From the NCBI GenBank assembly GCA_964408235.1, contig CAYOYN010000001.1, forward strand, positions 13,450 through 77,449: DNA of 64,000 nt, read 5' to 3'. How positions within the stretch are numbered: the first letter of the stretch is position 1; each line of letters begins with the position of its first letter. This document shows positions 44,778 to 53,277 of this stretch, one piece after another. The DNA comes from Candidatus Woesearchaeota archaeon (lineage in GTDB: Archaea; Nanobdellota; Nanobdellia; Pacearchaeales; GW2011-AR1). The notes beneath the pieces are model-generated. The model had not been told where the DNA came from. It worked only from the letters and a program-made list of their open reading frames with translations, and ran no database searches. The position numbers and the translations under genes were made by a program.

Positions 44778-46967
44778 TTACTGGTTAGCAGCTAATCCTT
44801 TTCTGTCTCTAATCTTTCTAACTACTTGATCTTGCAACTCACGAGGTAGTTGTTTGAAGTCCTGAGTGATCAAAGACGATACTCCACGACCTTCAGTAAT
44901 ACTTCTTAAGTCAGAGGCCCAACCAATCATTTCAGCTACAGGGATTCTTGCTTTGATAAATACGTCAATACCTTTCTGTTCTACATCGATTAGAACTCCT
45001 CTCTTAGAAGCAACTAATCCTGTAACAGCTCCCATATAATCAACTGGTGCTTCAATTAAGTGTGTTTGGATAGGTTCAAGGATTGCAGCTCCACCCTTAG
45101 TCATAGCGTCAAACATTCCTAATCTAATAGCAGGATAAATTTGAGCAGGTCCTCTGTGCATGTGGTCTACGTGAAGTTTAGCATCATGCAATATGAACTT
45201 TGTTTTCATTAATGGTTCTTTTGACAAAGGTCCAGCATCAATTACAAGTCTCCATCCATCAATAATTGACTCAATTACTTCTGAAAGCAATACTAGACCA
45301 CGTGTTTGGTCTTCGAATACGTTTCCTTTGTAAATATCTCTGTAAGCACGAGCTTCTTCGTTAGATAAACCTAATTCGGACAACTTCTTCCAGATGTCTT
45401 CAGGTTTCTTCTTTAGTCTTCCCTCAGGAATTTCACCTTTTTCAATAGCGTCATAAACGTTATCCTCTAACGGCATCATTTCTAAGAAGAATATGTTGTG
45501 TCCATTTCCAGTTCTACTTTCAACTTCTCCGCTTGTTTTATTTAGAGTTTCTCTATATACAATAATTGGAGTACCCATTTTTACTTCTAGGCCTTTTTCA
45601 GTCTTAATACGTCCTTCAATAATCTCCAAGTGAAGTTCTCCCATACCTGAAAGTAAGTTCTCTCCAGTTTCTTCATTAATTTCAATCTTAACTGATGGAT
45701 CTTCTTTTCCTACCTTTCTTAAGACTTCAATTAATTTAGGCAAATCTTGAGGTTTAGTAACTTCAATTGATTTAGTAATAACTGGTTGGAATATGTGTTT
45801 TAATTCTTCAAATGGAGTTTGTTCAGTATTAGTAATAGTTTCCCCAACTTCTACATTAACTCCAGAAATAGCAAGTACGTTTCCAGCTGGAACCTCATCA
45901 AGTTGTTCAGGTTTAACTCCGTTGTAAACTAAAACTTGTTGAACTCTTGATTTCTTCTTATTGTTGTTACAATAAATTTCCATTCCTGTTTTCATTGTTC
46001 CCGAATAAAGTCTTCCAGCACAAACTTCTTTTCCGCTTCTCGGATCAATAACGATTCTTGTAACTACAAAAGCTAACTCTCCATTTCTGTTACAAGTAAG
46101 TAAGTCCTGACCCATTTTGCTTTCAGAGTCTCCCCTCCATATTCTACCAATTCTATATTTCTGAGCTTCTAGAGGGTTAGGTAAGTGTTTAACAGCCATA
46201 TCAAGAACTACTTCGTGCAAAGGAGCATTCTTCCATACCCACTCTTTTCTAGCTTCTTCTTCCATATCATACATCTTAATGATATCCCCAAATGAAATAT
46301 TTCTCTTCCTCATGAAGGGTACTGAAAGTGCCCAGTTTTCTCTAGCAGATCCAAATGCAACGCTTCCATCAGCTACGCTAACTCTCCATTTATCAGCTAA
46401 TTCTGGTTCAGCAATTTGTAAAATTAAATTATTGAAGTCTGCTATTACTTTTGCAAATCTTTCTTGCATTTCCTGAGGGGTAACTTTTAATTCTTTAATT
46501 AATCTGTCAACTTTATTGATGAATAAAACTGGTTTAACTCTTTCTCTTAGAGCTTGCTTAAGCACAGTTTCTGTTTGAGGCATTATTCCTTCAACAGCAC
46601 AAATCAAAACAAAAGTTCCGTCAATAGCTCTCATAGCCCTTGTTACGTTTCCTCCGAAGTCAATGTGTCCAGGAGTATCAATCAAATTAATCAAATATTC
46701 TTTTCCTTCATATTCGTGACCCATACTAACATTAGCAGCGTCTACAGTCATCAATCTTTCTTGTTCGTCCTTATGTAACCAAGTACTCATTCCTTCTTCT
46801 AAGTCTCCAGCGTTCTTGTTAGCCATCATACCAGCAGCAGCAAGTAAGTTATCGGTAAATGCAGTTTTTCCGTGGTGGATGTGTGCACTTGTAGCAACAT
46901 TACGAATATTTGCTTGGTTGCTCGTCAGCCTTTGAATTTTTGCTAAACTTGTTTCTTTTTCTGCCAT
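44778..46967 (-). CDS. fusA: Translation elongation factor 2 (aEF-2)
   Basis: AHIHHGKT G1 motif, DTPGH, NKVDR, and the diphthamide-region HRGPAQ. Length of 729 aa. Confidence 0.95.
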   Translation of the reverse strand: MAEKETSLAKIQRLTSNQANIRNVATSAHIHHGKTAFTDNLLAAAGMMANKNAGDLEEGMSTWLHKDEQERLMTVDAANVSMGHEYEGKEYLINLIDTPGHIDFGGNVTRAMRAIDGTFVLICAVEGIMPQTETVLKQALRERVKPVLFINKVDRLIKELKVTPQEMQERFAKVIADFNNLILQIAEPELADKWRVSVADGSVAFGSARENWALSVPFMRKRNISFGDIIKMYDMEEEARKEWVWKNAPLHEVVLDMAVKHLPNPLEAQKYRIGRIWRGDSESKMGQDLLTCNRNGELAFVVTRIVIDPRSGKEVCAGRLYSGTMKTGMEIYCNNNKKKSRVQQVLVYNGVKPEQLDEVPAGNVLAISGVNVEVGETITNTEQTPFEELKHIFQPVITKSIEVTKPQDLPKLIEVLRKVGKEDPSVKIEINEETGENLLSGMGELHLEIIEGRIKTEKGLEVKMGTPIIVYRETLNKTSGEVESRTGNGHNIFFLEMMPLEDNVYDAIEKGEIPEGRLKKKPEDIWKKLSELGLSNEEARAYRDIYKGNVFEDQTRGLVLLSEVIESIIDGWRLVIDAGPLSKEPLMKTKFILHDAKLHVDHMHRGPAQIYPAIRLGMFDAMTKGGAAILEPIQTHLIEAPVDYMGAVTGLVASKRGVLIDVEQKGIDVFIKARIPVAEMIGWASDLRSITEGRGVSSLITQDFKQLPRELQDQVVRKIRDRKGLAANQ

Positions 46968-47107
46968 GTTAAATTTTAAATTTGATAAATCGTTTTACAA
47001 AAAGAGGTTTTTAAACGTTGTTGTTAACAAAGAATTAATATCTTAAACCATTAACATAATGTCCTAAGTCAAATATAAGAATAATTTTTAATTTTTCTAA
47101 AACTAAA

Positions 47108-47701
47108 TTATCTAGATGAATCTGCTTGCTTTTCAGCTTCTGTCTTCTTTCCGACAGCATAACTATCCATGCTACCTTCAGAAGCAGCAATTATTTCTTG
47201 AGCAAGTACTTCAGCCATTCTTTTCTTTTTACCAAATGACTTTTGGAAAGATCCTTGTACCATCCATCTAATCGCTAAATTAACACGTCTAAGTGGCGAT
47301 ACGTCTACAGCTTGAGGATATCTAGCTCCACCATATTCGATTGTTGTAATTTCATCTCTAGGAGATCCATTTTCAATTGCTTTAACTAAAACCTGGACAG
47401 GATTTGTTTTCTTTTTATCTGCAATTATTTTTAATACTTCCATAACTGTCTGCATGTTTCTACCATATTTTCCAGACGAGTGAGATGCAATTATTTTATG
47501 TTTTTTTCCAACGTGTCCCGGTACAGCTAATCTATTTGCAAGTCTTTCAATTATGTGTACTTTTGTTTGTGTAAATTTACCAACATTTCTTCCGTGAGAT
47601 TTTACTAACAATTTTGGTTGAATGTTTATGTAAGGAGCTAAAGCAACATCTGTAACCTTAACTTCATCCATATCGTATAAATCAAAGATCTTAAAACTCA
47701 T
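47108..47701 (-). CDS. rps7: Ribosomal protein S7 (uS7)
   Basis: Conserved uS7 core (KKTNPVQVLVKAIENGSPRDE..., RRVNLAIRW). Confidence 0.95.
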   Translation of the reverse strand: MSFKIFDLYDMDEVKVTDVALAPYINIQPKLLVKSHGRNVGKFTQTKVHIIERLANRLAVPGHVGKKHKIIASHSSGKYGRNMQTVMEVLKIIADKKKTNPVQVLVKAIENGSPRDEITTIEYGGARYPQAVDVSPLRRVNLAIRWMVQGSFQKSFGKKKRMAEVLAQEIIAASEGSMDSYAVGKKTEAEKQADSSR

Positions 47702-47967
47702 TGTGTTGCTCCATAAAGTTGAACTCTAAGATCGCTGTGAACTCTCTGTACTGCAGTGATTGGAAGTTTAAGTTCATTAAAATAAACTCCTTCTCTAGCG
47801 TCATATAGTAAAACTCCCTTTCTTTCAAACTCTCCCCAACCAACAACAGTCACTTCTTTTCCACTTAAACTTTTTAATAAATTTCTTTTTCTTTTTCTGC
47901 CGTTTGGATTTCTCTCTTCTCTAGAAAGAGACTGCTCTGGTGCATAAGTATCGTCAATTCCAACCAT
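47698..47967 (-). CDS. Small hypothetical protein (89 aa) inserted between S12 and S7 (possible Sm-like fold)
   Basis: Overlaps S7 by 4 nt and abuts S12. GKEVTVVGWGEFERKGVLLYDAREGVYFNELKL weakly resembles the Sm1 motif. Confidence 0.45.
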   Translation of the reverse strand: MVGIDDTYAPEQSLSREERNPNGRKRKRNLLKSLSGKEVTVVGWGEFERKGVLLYDAREGVYFNELKLPITAVQRVHSDLRVQLYGATQ

Positions 47968-48389
47968 TATCTTCTTCCCTTCTCTATCTTACCTTTCCAC
48001 AATAAGTGAAGTGGCTGATCGTTTACTTGAATAACTTTGAATCTGATACCTCTAATGTTTCCTTTACTTCTTCCCTGTTTTCCACCAATTCTTTCAATCA
48101 TAACTTCATCGTGTTCATCAACGAATTTTTGAGCTAAGTTTCCAGGGATGAAAGCTCCTACTGAAATTCCAGATTTTACAAGTTGCACTTTGCAACATTT
48201 TCTCATTCCGCTCGATGGCTGAGCAGCTTCTTTTTGAAATTTACTAACTACAATTCCTTTAGCCTGACTAGCTCCACCAAGAGGATCTGCTTTAACATTA
48301 AGTTTTAGAGTTCTAACCTTGTAAGTACGATCGTTCCATCTGAACTTTTTCCTGTTTCTCATTAGCTTTTTAGCGTTGAATAAACCCAT
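47967..48389 (-). CDS. rps12: Ribosomal protein S12 (uS12)
   Basis: PSSGMRKCCKVQLVKSGISVGAFIPGN...DEVMIERIGG...GIRFKVIQVN is the archaeal S12/S23e core. Confidence 0.95.
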   Translation of the reverse strand: MGLFNAKKLMRNRKKFRWNDRTYKVRTLKLNVKADPLGGASQAKGIVVSKFQKEAAQPSSGMRKCCKVQLVKSGISVGAFIPGNLAQKFVDEHDEVMIERIGGKQGRSKGNIRGIRFKVIQVNDQPLHLLWKGKIEKGRR

Positions 48390-48581
48390 GTATATCTGTG
48401 GTGTAAAATTGGTTTTTAAACTTTGTGCAGAAGAAGTAATTCAAAGTTTAAGCATGTCAGGCCAAATTAACCTTGATTAAATCCATCTTTAGGAGAATAC
48501 TTTCAAACTCAATAATCCCAATTAAATCAGAAACTTTAACGGCCATAATTTTAAATATAATTTAGTAATAAATTGATCTAG

Positions 48582-48977
48582 ATGATAAACAAAAGCATCA
48601 AGGCATATAACCATAAATTGAAGAAATCTGACTCTGAAATATGCGATCTGCTTGCAAAAGAGATAGGCGAGTTTCTATCCGAAGCAGAAAGTAAGATTTG
48701 GCATAGGCATCCAGTCTGGTTTTTAGAAGGTAACCCCATAGTAGGTTATAGCAAACAAAAAGCTGGAATAAGGTTGATGTTTTGGAGCGGAAAGGATTTT
48801 CAAGAGGAAGCTTTGAATGTAGGAAGTAACAAATTTAAAGACGCATCTATTATATACAATGAGGTTTCAGAAATAAATACAAAAGATTTGAAACGTTGGC
48901 TCAAGAAATCAAAAGAAATTCAATGGGATTACAAAAATATAGTAAAGAGAAAAGGGCTGTTAGTAAAGATAAAATAA
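48582..48977 (+). CDS. DUF1801 (YdhG-like) family protein
   Basis: KIWHRHPVWFLEGNPIVGY...LMFWSG...IQWDYKNI pattern. Confidence 0.5.
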   Translation: MINKSIKAYNHKLKKSDSEICDLLAKEIGEFLSEAESKIWHRHPVWFLEGNPIVGYSKQKAGIRLMFWSGKDFQEEALNVGSNKFKDASIIYNEVSEINTKDLKRWLKKSKEIQWDYKNIVKRKGLLVKIK

Positions 48978-48998
48978 CCAAAATTTTAGCGAGGTCAT

Positions 48999-49364
48999 AT
49001 GCAAAATAATTCTGATAAAAATCATAGGGTCTATAAAATGGCTTTTGGAGCCTTATATCCTTGTTATGTTGCTAAGGCTGAGAAAAAGGGGCATACAAAA
49101 AAAGAAGTGGATACTATTATTTCATGGTTAACTGGATACAACCAGAAAGAGATAGAATCTCAAATTAAAAAAGAAAAAAGTGTAGAAGATTTCATTAAAC
49201 AAGCTCCAAAATTAAATCCTTCAAGAGTATTAATCAAAGGAACAATTTGCGGCGTTAAAATTGAAAATATAAAAGAACCAATTATGAAAGAAATTCGTTA
49301 TTTGGATAAATTAATCGATGAATTGGCCAAGGGAAGGCTGATGGAAAAAATTTTAAGAAAATAA
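48999..49364 (+). CDS. DUF2200-like family protein
   Basis: [34 protein letters not shown]...ICGVKIENI pattern. Confidence 0.45.
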   Translation: MQNNSDKNHRVYKMAFGALYPCYVAKAEKKGHTKKEVDTIISWLTGYNQKEIESQIKKEKSVEDFIKQAPKLNPSRVLIKGTICGVKIENIKEPIMKEIRYLDKLIDELAKGRLMEKILRK

Positions 49365-49373
49365 AATTTAGAA

Positions 49374-49787
49374 TTAAATTACTTTGACTTCCTTTCCAAA
49401 ATAATCTTTTATTATTGCACTCAATTCAATCAATCTCATTTTATTTCTTCCTATTAATGTTGCAGCGCGTTCACGAGAACCAGCAGTAATAACATACATT
49501 CCTTCTTGAATTTCAAAATTATCAAATCCCGCAGGAGAAACAACATCGCTCACAAATTTACCGACTGAGTTTACATCTTCATTAGCATCTCTAATTATTC
49601 TAACTCTCTTTCCAAGTTGTTCTGAAATCATCCTAGAAGTTTGACTCACATTTGCCTTTCCAAAGAATTGAGGAGGGATCGCAAAATAAATGGTATTATT
49701 GTAAACAAAACACTTTGTCGCACGAACTCGAGCCACTCGCTCAAAGAGATTTATGTATCTCATCGTCTGCATATCTATTATCGCCAT
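49374..49787 (-). CDS. nusA: Archaeal NusA-like KH-domain transcription termination/antitermination factor
   Basis: 137 aa with two KH-like segments. Canonical position just downstream of rpoA. Confidence 0.75.
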   Translation of the reverse strand: MAIIDMQTMRYINLFERVARVRATKCFVYNNTIYFAIPPQFFGKANVSQTSRMISEQLGKRVRIIRDANEDVNSVGKFVSDVVSPAGFDNFEIQEGMYVITAGSRERAATLIGRNKMRLIELSAIIKDYFGKEVKVI

Positions 49788-49827
49788 ATTATTATTTTTA
49801 GATTATCAAATCAGTATATAAAATTAA

Positions 49828-52800
49828 TTACTCTTTTTTAGCTCTGTTCTTAATTTTTTTGTCTACTAATGCGCCTGTAACTTTCACAAGTAATCCAGGT
49901 AATCCAGTTCCAACTGGTATTGGTTGGTTAAGGATAATGTTCTCGATTACAGATGCCAAATCGTCTTTCTTACCTTGTATTGTAGCATTTACAAATTGTT
50001 TGTCAGGTGTTTCGAAAGCTGCACGAGCAAAGATACTTGATTTAGAAGAGATAATTCCCATTCTTGTAACTCCCTTAACTAATCCAGTATTGCTCATAGC
50101 GTCGGAAATTAAGTCTAAGTGTCTCTCATCAATGTCTAAACCTTGTGAGTCTAGAACTTTCTTAATTTCAAGTAATATTGCTTCACGAGCAGCTTCAATT
50201 CCTAAAACTTGTGCAACTTCATGAACGTTGTTTGTGAAAACTTTATCTCTGTCTACTCCTTTGAATTCAATTACTTCCTTTAGGTTGCTTCCACTTGTCA
50301 AGATAACGAAGTCACGTCCTCTGTGAGCAACAACTACTTGTGAAATATTCTTTACTCCGGAAATAATTGTACTCTTCAATTTTTCCTTCATCTTGTACAT
50401 TTCTTTAAATCCTAAGTCTGGAGTTCTCAAAACAATTGTATTATCCTTTTGTTTAGCGTCAATTCCTTTTTCATTTAATCTCTCTGCAATTTTGCTTGCT
50501 CCAACATGAACTCTCTTAAGTGCTTCAGCATCAAGTTCAATTTCAATCTTCTTTCCAGAGAAGTCCATTTTAACTTCAGATGCAATTTCTGCAAGCTTAA
50601 CTTCCTTAAGCTTTTCAGCAATATTTCTAGCATCGCGTTCATTGTTAGATTCTTTGTCTAGATAAATTTCCATAGCTGGTGTTGAAGGTTCTTTTCTAGC
50701 GTCGAATATTTCAATCAATCTAGGTAAACCTAATGTAACTTGTACTTCAGCAACTCCCGCAGAGTGGAATACGTTCAAAACCATCTGAGTCGAAGATTCT
50801 CCAAAGGATTGTGATGTAGTAACTCCAACTGATTCTCCAGCTTGTATTTTCTTACCAGTGTGTAATTCAGAAACATCTCTTCCATCGCCACCATAAGCAA
50901 ATTGCACGATATTTTGTGAAGCATCTCTAACAGTTCCATCATATTCTACTTTCAAATCTTGTAATGCAGAAACTAATCTTCTATACAAGTAACCAGATTT
51001 AGGAGTTCTAAGAGCTGTATCCATAAGTCCGTCTCTTCCTGTTATTGCTCCAAAGAAGAATTCTGTAGGTTTCAATCCTTCGAAGAATGAAGATTTGATG
51101 AATCCTTTTGCATCGGAACCAACGTCGCCTTTTTTGAAGTGCGAAGTTGTACGTCCGTTATAACCAAATCCAATACGCTTATTCCACAAAATCTGCTGTC
51201 CTACGCAACAACCAATCTGTGTAATGTTAGTTGCGCTTCCTGCAGCTCCTGAAGAAATCATGCTTCCAATTGAAGAATCCTTGGAAATATTTTCTTTTAC
51301 AACCTTACCAACTTCAGTACGAACTTCGTTCAAAACTTGAGATATCTTAATTTCCTTAGTTTCATCAACTGTCTTACCAGGTAATATTTCCAAATCTCCA
51401 GATTTAGCCATTTGGTCAATCTTAACAGTTTTATCATAAGCTGTTTCGATTATCTTATTAGTAATTTCTCTAACCTTAGGGCTAACATCTAAGTCACGTA
51501 ATCCAAGAGAGAATCCTCTTCTTGTAATATATTGAGTTCCTAAAGCAGCAGCTTTTTGAATAGAATCTATAGCCACATCTCTTCCATGAGCTTTATCTAT
51601 TAATTTAACCATCTGTCCTTTTTCTAATCCAAGAGTGTTTTCATCTGTAAGTTCCTTAGGCATCTTTATTGAATCATCCTTAGGAATAACTTGAGCGAAA
51701 ACTTCAGTTCCTTCCATGTTCTTAGAATTATTCTTGTTAACTACTCCGGAAGCAAATAATACTTGGTCTGCATCAGACTTTGTGAAATTATCTTTACCTA
51801 AGACATAGTTTCCAGTCAAAGAATCAGTAATCAAACCAATTAAGTTAGAGTTATTCTTTGTAGACATTATGTTATGCTTGATATTCAACAATGTTTCAGC
51901 TTCAGATCTAGCTTCTTCTGTTTGAGGAGAGTGTATGTTAACTTCGTCTCCGTCGAAGTCAGCGTTATATGGGAATACAACTGCAGGATGTAATCTAAAT
52001 GTCTTGTAAGGAAGAACTCTAACACGATGAGCCATCAAACTTTGCTTATGTAATGAAGGGTGTCTGTTAAACAACACAACATCTCCATCAACTAGGTGTC
52101 TTTCAACTTTATATCCAGGAGCAAGTTCAGTGCAAATTTCTTCTTTCAATTCTTCAGTGATTCTCTTTTTCTTGCCGTCAGGTCTTATAACATAATTAGC
52201 TCCAGGGTGTTGATCTCCCTTTCTTACAAGGTTTCTCATGTATTCTAAGTTTGTAGTTGTAACTCCTTCAGCTACTGTAATTATCTTAGCAACTTCAAAT
52301 GGAACTCCAACTTCATCCAATCCCAAATAGGGGTCAGGTGAAACTACAGTTCTTGCAGAGAAGTTAACTCTTTTACCTGCTAGGTTCTTTCTAATTCTAC
52401 CTTCTTTACCTTTAATTCTTTCAGTAATGGTCTTAAGAGGCTGTCCAGATCTATGACGTGCAGGTGGGATCTTTGAAATGTTGTTATCAAAGAATGTTGT
52501 AACGTGATATTGTAACAAGTCCCAAAGGTCTTCAATAATAACTTCAGGCGCTCCAGCGTTAAGATTTTCCCATAATCTTTGATTCGCACGAATAATATCT
52601 GAAATCTTGTGAGTCAAATCGTCTTCAGATCTTTCTCCAGTGTCTAATGTAATTGAAGGTCTCATTGTTACGCTAGGAACAAGTAATTGGGAGAGAATTG
52701 CCCACTCAGGTCTGAAAGTTTTAGGATTTACTCCAATTTTCTTTATTTCTTCGTCTTTAATCTTAACTAATATTTCTCTAATTTCGTTAGGGAATAATCT

Positions 52801-53271
52801 TTTCTTTCCAGTATAAAATGAAGTTGGTTTTTCTAATTTGATTTTCTCTAAATCTACATTACAGAATGGACATTTCTTTTTATCTCTAGCTTTCTTAGCC
52901 CTTTCAACAGGAGTATATTTCTTTTGCTTGTCTTCTTCTAAAGTCAATTTACCACATGAGTTACAGAAACTTCTCAAGAATAATTCAATCAAAGGAATAT
53001 ATTTTATATGAACTATAGGTCTTGCTAATTCTACGCTACCAGGGTGTCCAAGACATTCTTTCAATCTTCCACCGCAAGTTCTACATCTAACTCCAGGGTC
53101 AACAGCTCCAAGACGTAAGTCCATAAGACCTCCATCTACAGGGAATCCGTCGATATCATAAAGTTCTGGAGTAACAACTTTAGCTGTGCTCAACTTCTTG
53201 ATTTGTTCAGGATTCACAAGACTAAATCTAAGTGATTTTACTTGCTTTTTAACTATTTCAGGGTTTGTCAT
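49828..53271 (-). CDS. rpoA: DNA-directed RNA polymerase subunit A, with A' and A'' encoded as a single fused 1147-aa ORF
   Basis: N-terminal zinc motifs. Active site NADFDGDE. Bridge-helix region, then the A''-type trigger-loop region SFGESSTQMVLNVFHSAGVAEVQVTLGLPRLIEIFDARK, all in one frame without a stop. Confidence 0.95.
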   Translation of the reverse strand: MTNPEIVKKQVKSLRFSLVNPEQIKKLSTAKVVTPELYDIDGFPVDGGLMDLRLGAVDPGVRCRTCGGRLKECLGHPGSVELARPIVHIKYIPLIELFLRSFCNSCGKLTLEEDKQKKYTPVERAKKARDKKKCPFCNVDLEKIKLEKPTSFYTGKKRLFPNEIREILVKIKDEEIKKIGVNPKTFRPEWAILSQLLVPSVTMRPSITLDTGERSEDDLTHKISDIIRANQRLWENLNAGAPEVIIEDLWDLLQYHVTTFFDNNISKIPPARHRSGQPLKTITERIKGKEGRIRKNLAGKRVNFSARTVVSPDPYLGLDEVGVPFEVAKIITVAEGVTTTNLEYMRNLVRKGDQHPGANYVIRPDGKKKRITEELKEEICTELAPGYKVERHLVDGDVVLFNRHPSLHKQSLMAHRVRVLPYKTFRLHPAVVFPYNADFDGDEVNIHSPQTEEARSEAETLLNIKHNIMSTKNNSNLIGLITDSLTGNYVLGKDNFTKSDADQVLFASGVVNKNNSKNMEGTEVFAQVIPKDDSIKMPKELTDENTLGLEKGQMVKLIDKAHGRDVAIDSIQKAAALGTQYITRRGFSLGLRDLDVSPKVREITNKIIETAYDKTVKIDQMAKSGDLEILPGKTVDETKEIKISQVLNEVRTEVGKVVKENISKDSSIGSMISSGAAGSATNITQIGCCVGQQILWNKRIGFGYNGRTTSHFKKGDVGSDAKGFIKSSFFEGLKPTEFFFGAITGRDGLMDTALRTPKSGYLYRRLVSALQDLKVEYDGTVRDASQNIVQFAYGGDGRDVSELHTGKKIQAGESVGVTTSQSFGESSTQMVLNVFHSAGVAEVQVTLGLPRLIEIFDARKEPSTPAMEIYLDKESNNERDARNIAEKLKEVKLAEIASEVKMDFSGKKIEIELDAEALKRVHVGASKIAERLNEKGIDAKQKDNTIVLRTPDLGFKEMYKMKEKLKSTIISGVKNISQVVVAHRGRDFVILTSGSNLKEVIEFKGVDRDKVFTNNVHEVAQVLGIEAAREAILLEIKKVLDSQGLDIDERHLDLISDAMSNTGLVKGVTRMGIISSKSSIFARAAFETPDKQFVNATIQGKKDDLASVIENIILNQPIPVGTGLPGLLVKVTGALVDKKIKNRAKKE

Positions 53272-53277
53272 TGTAAA

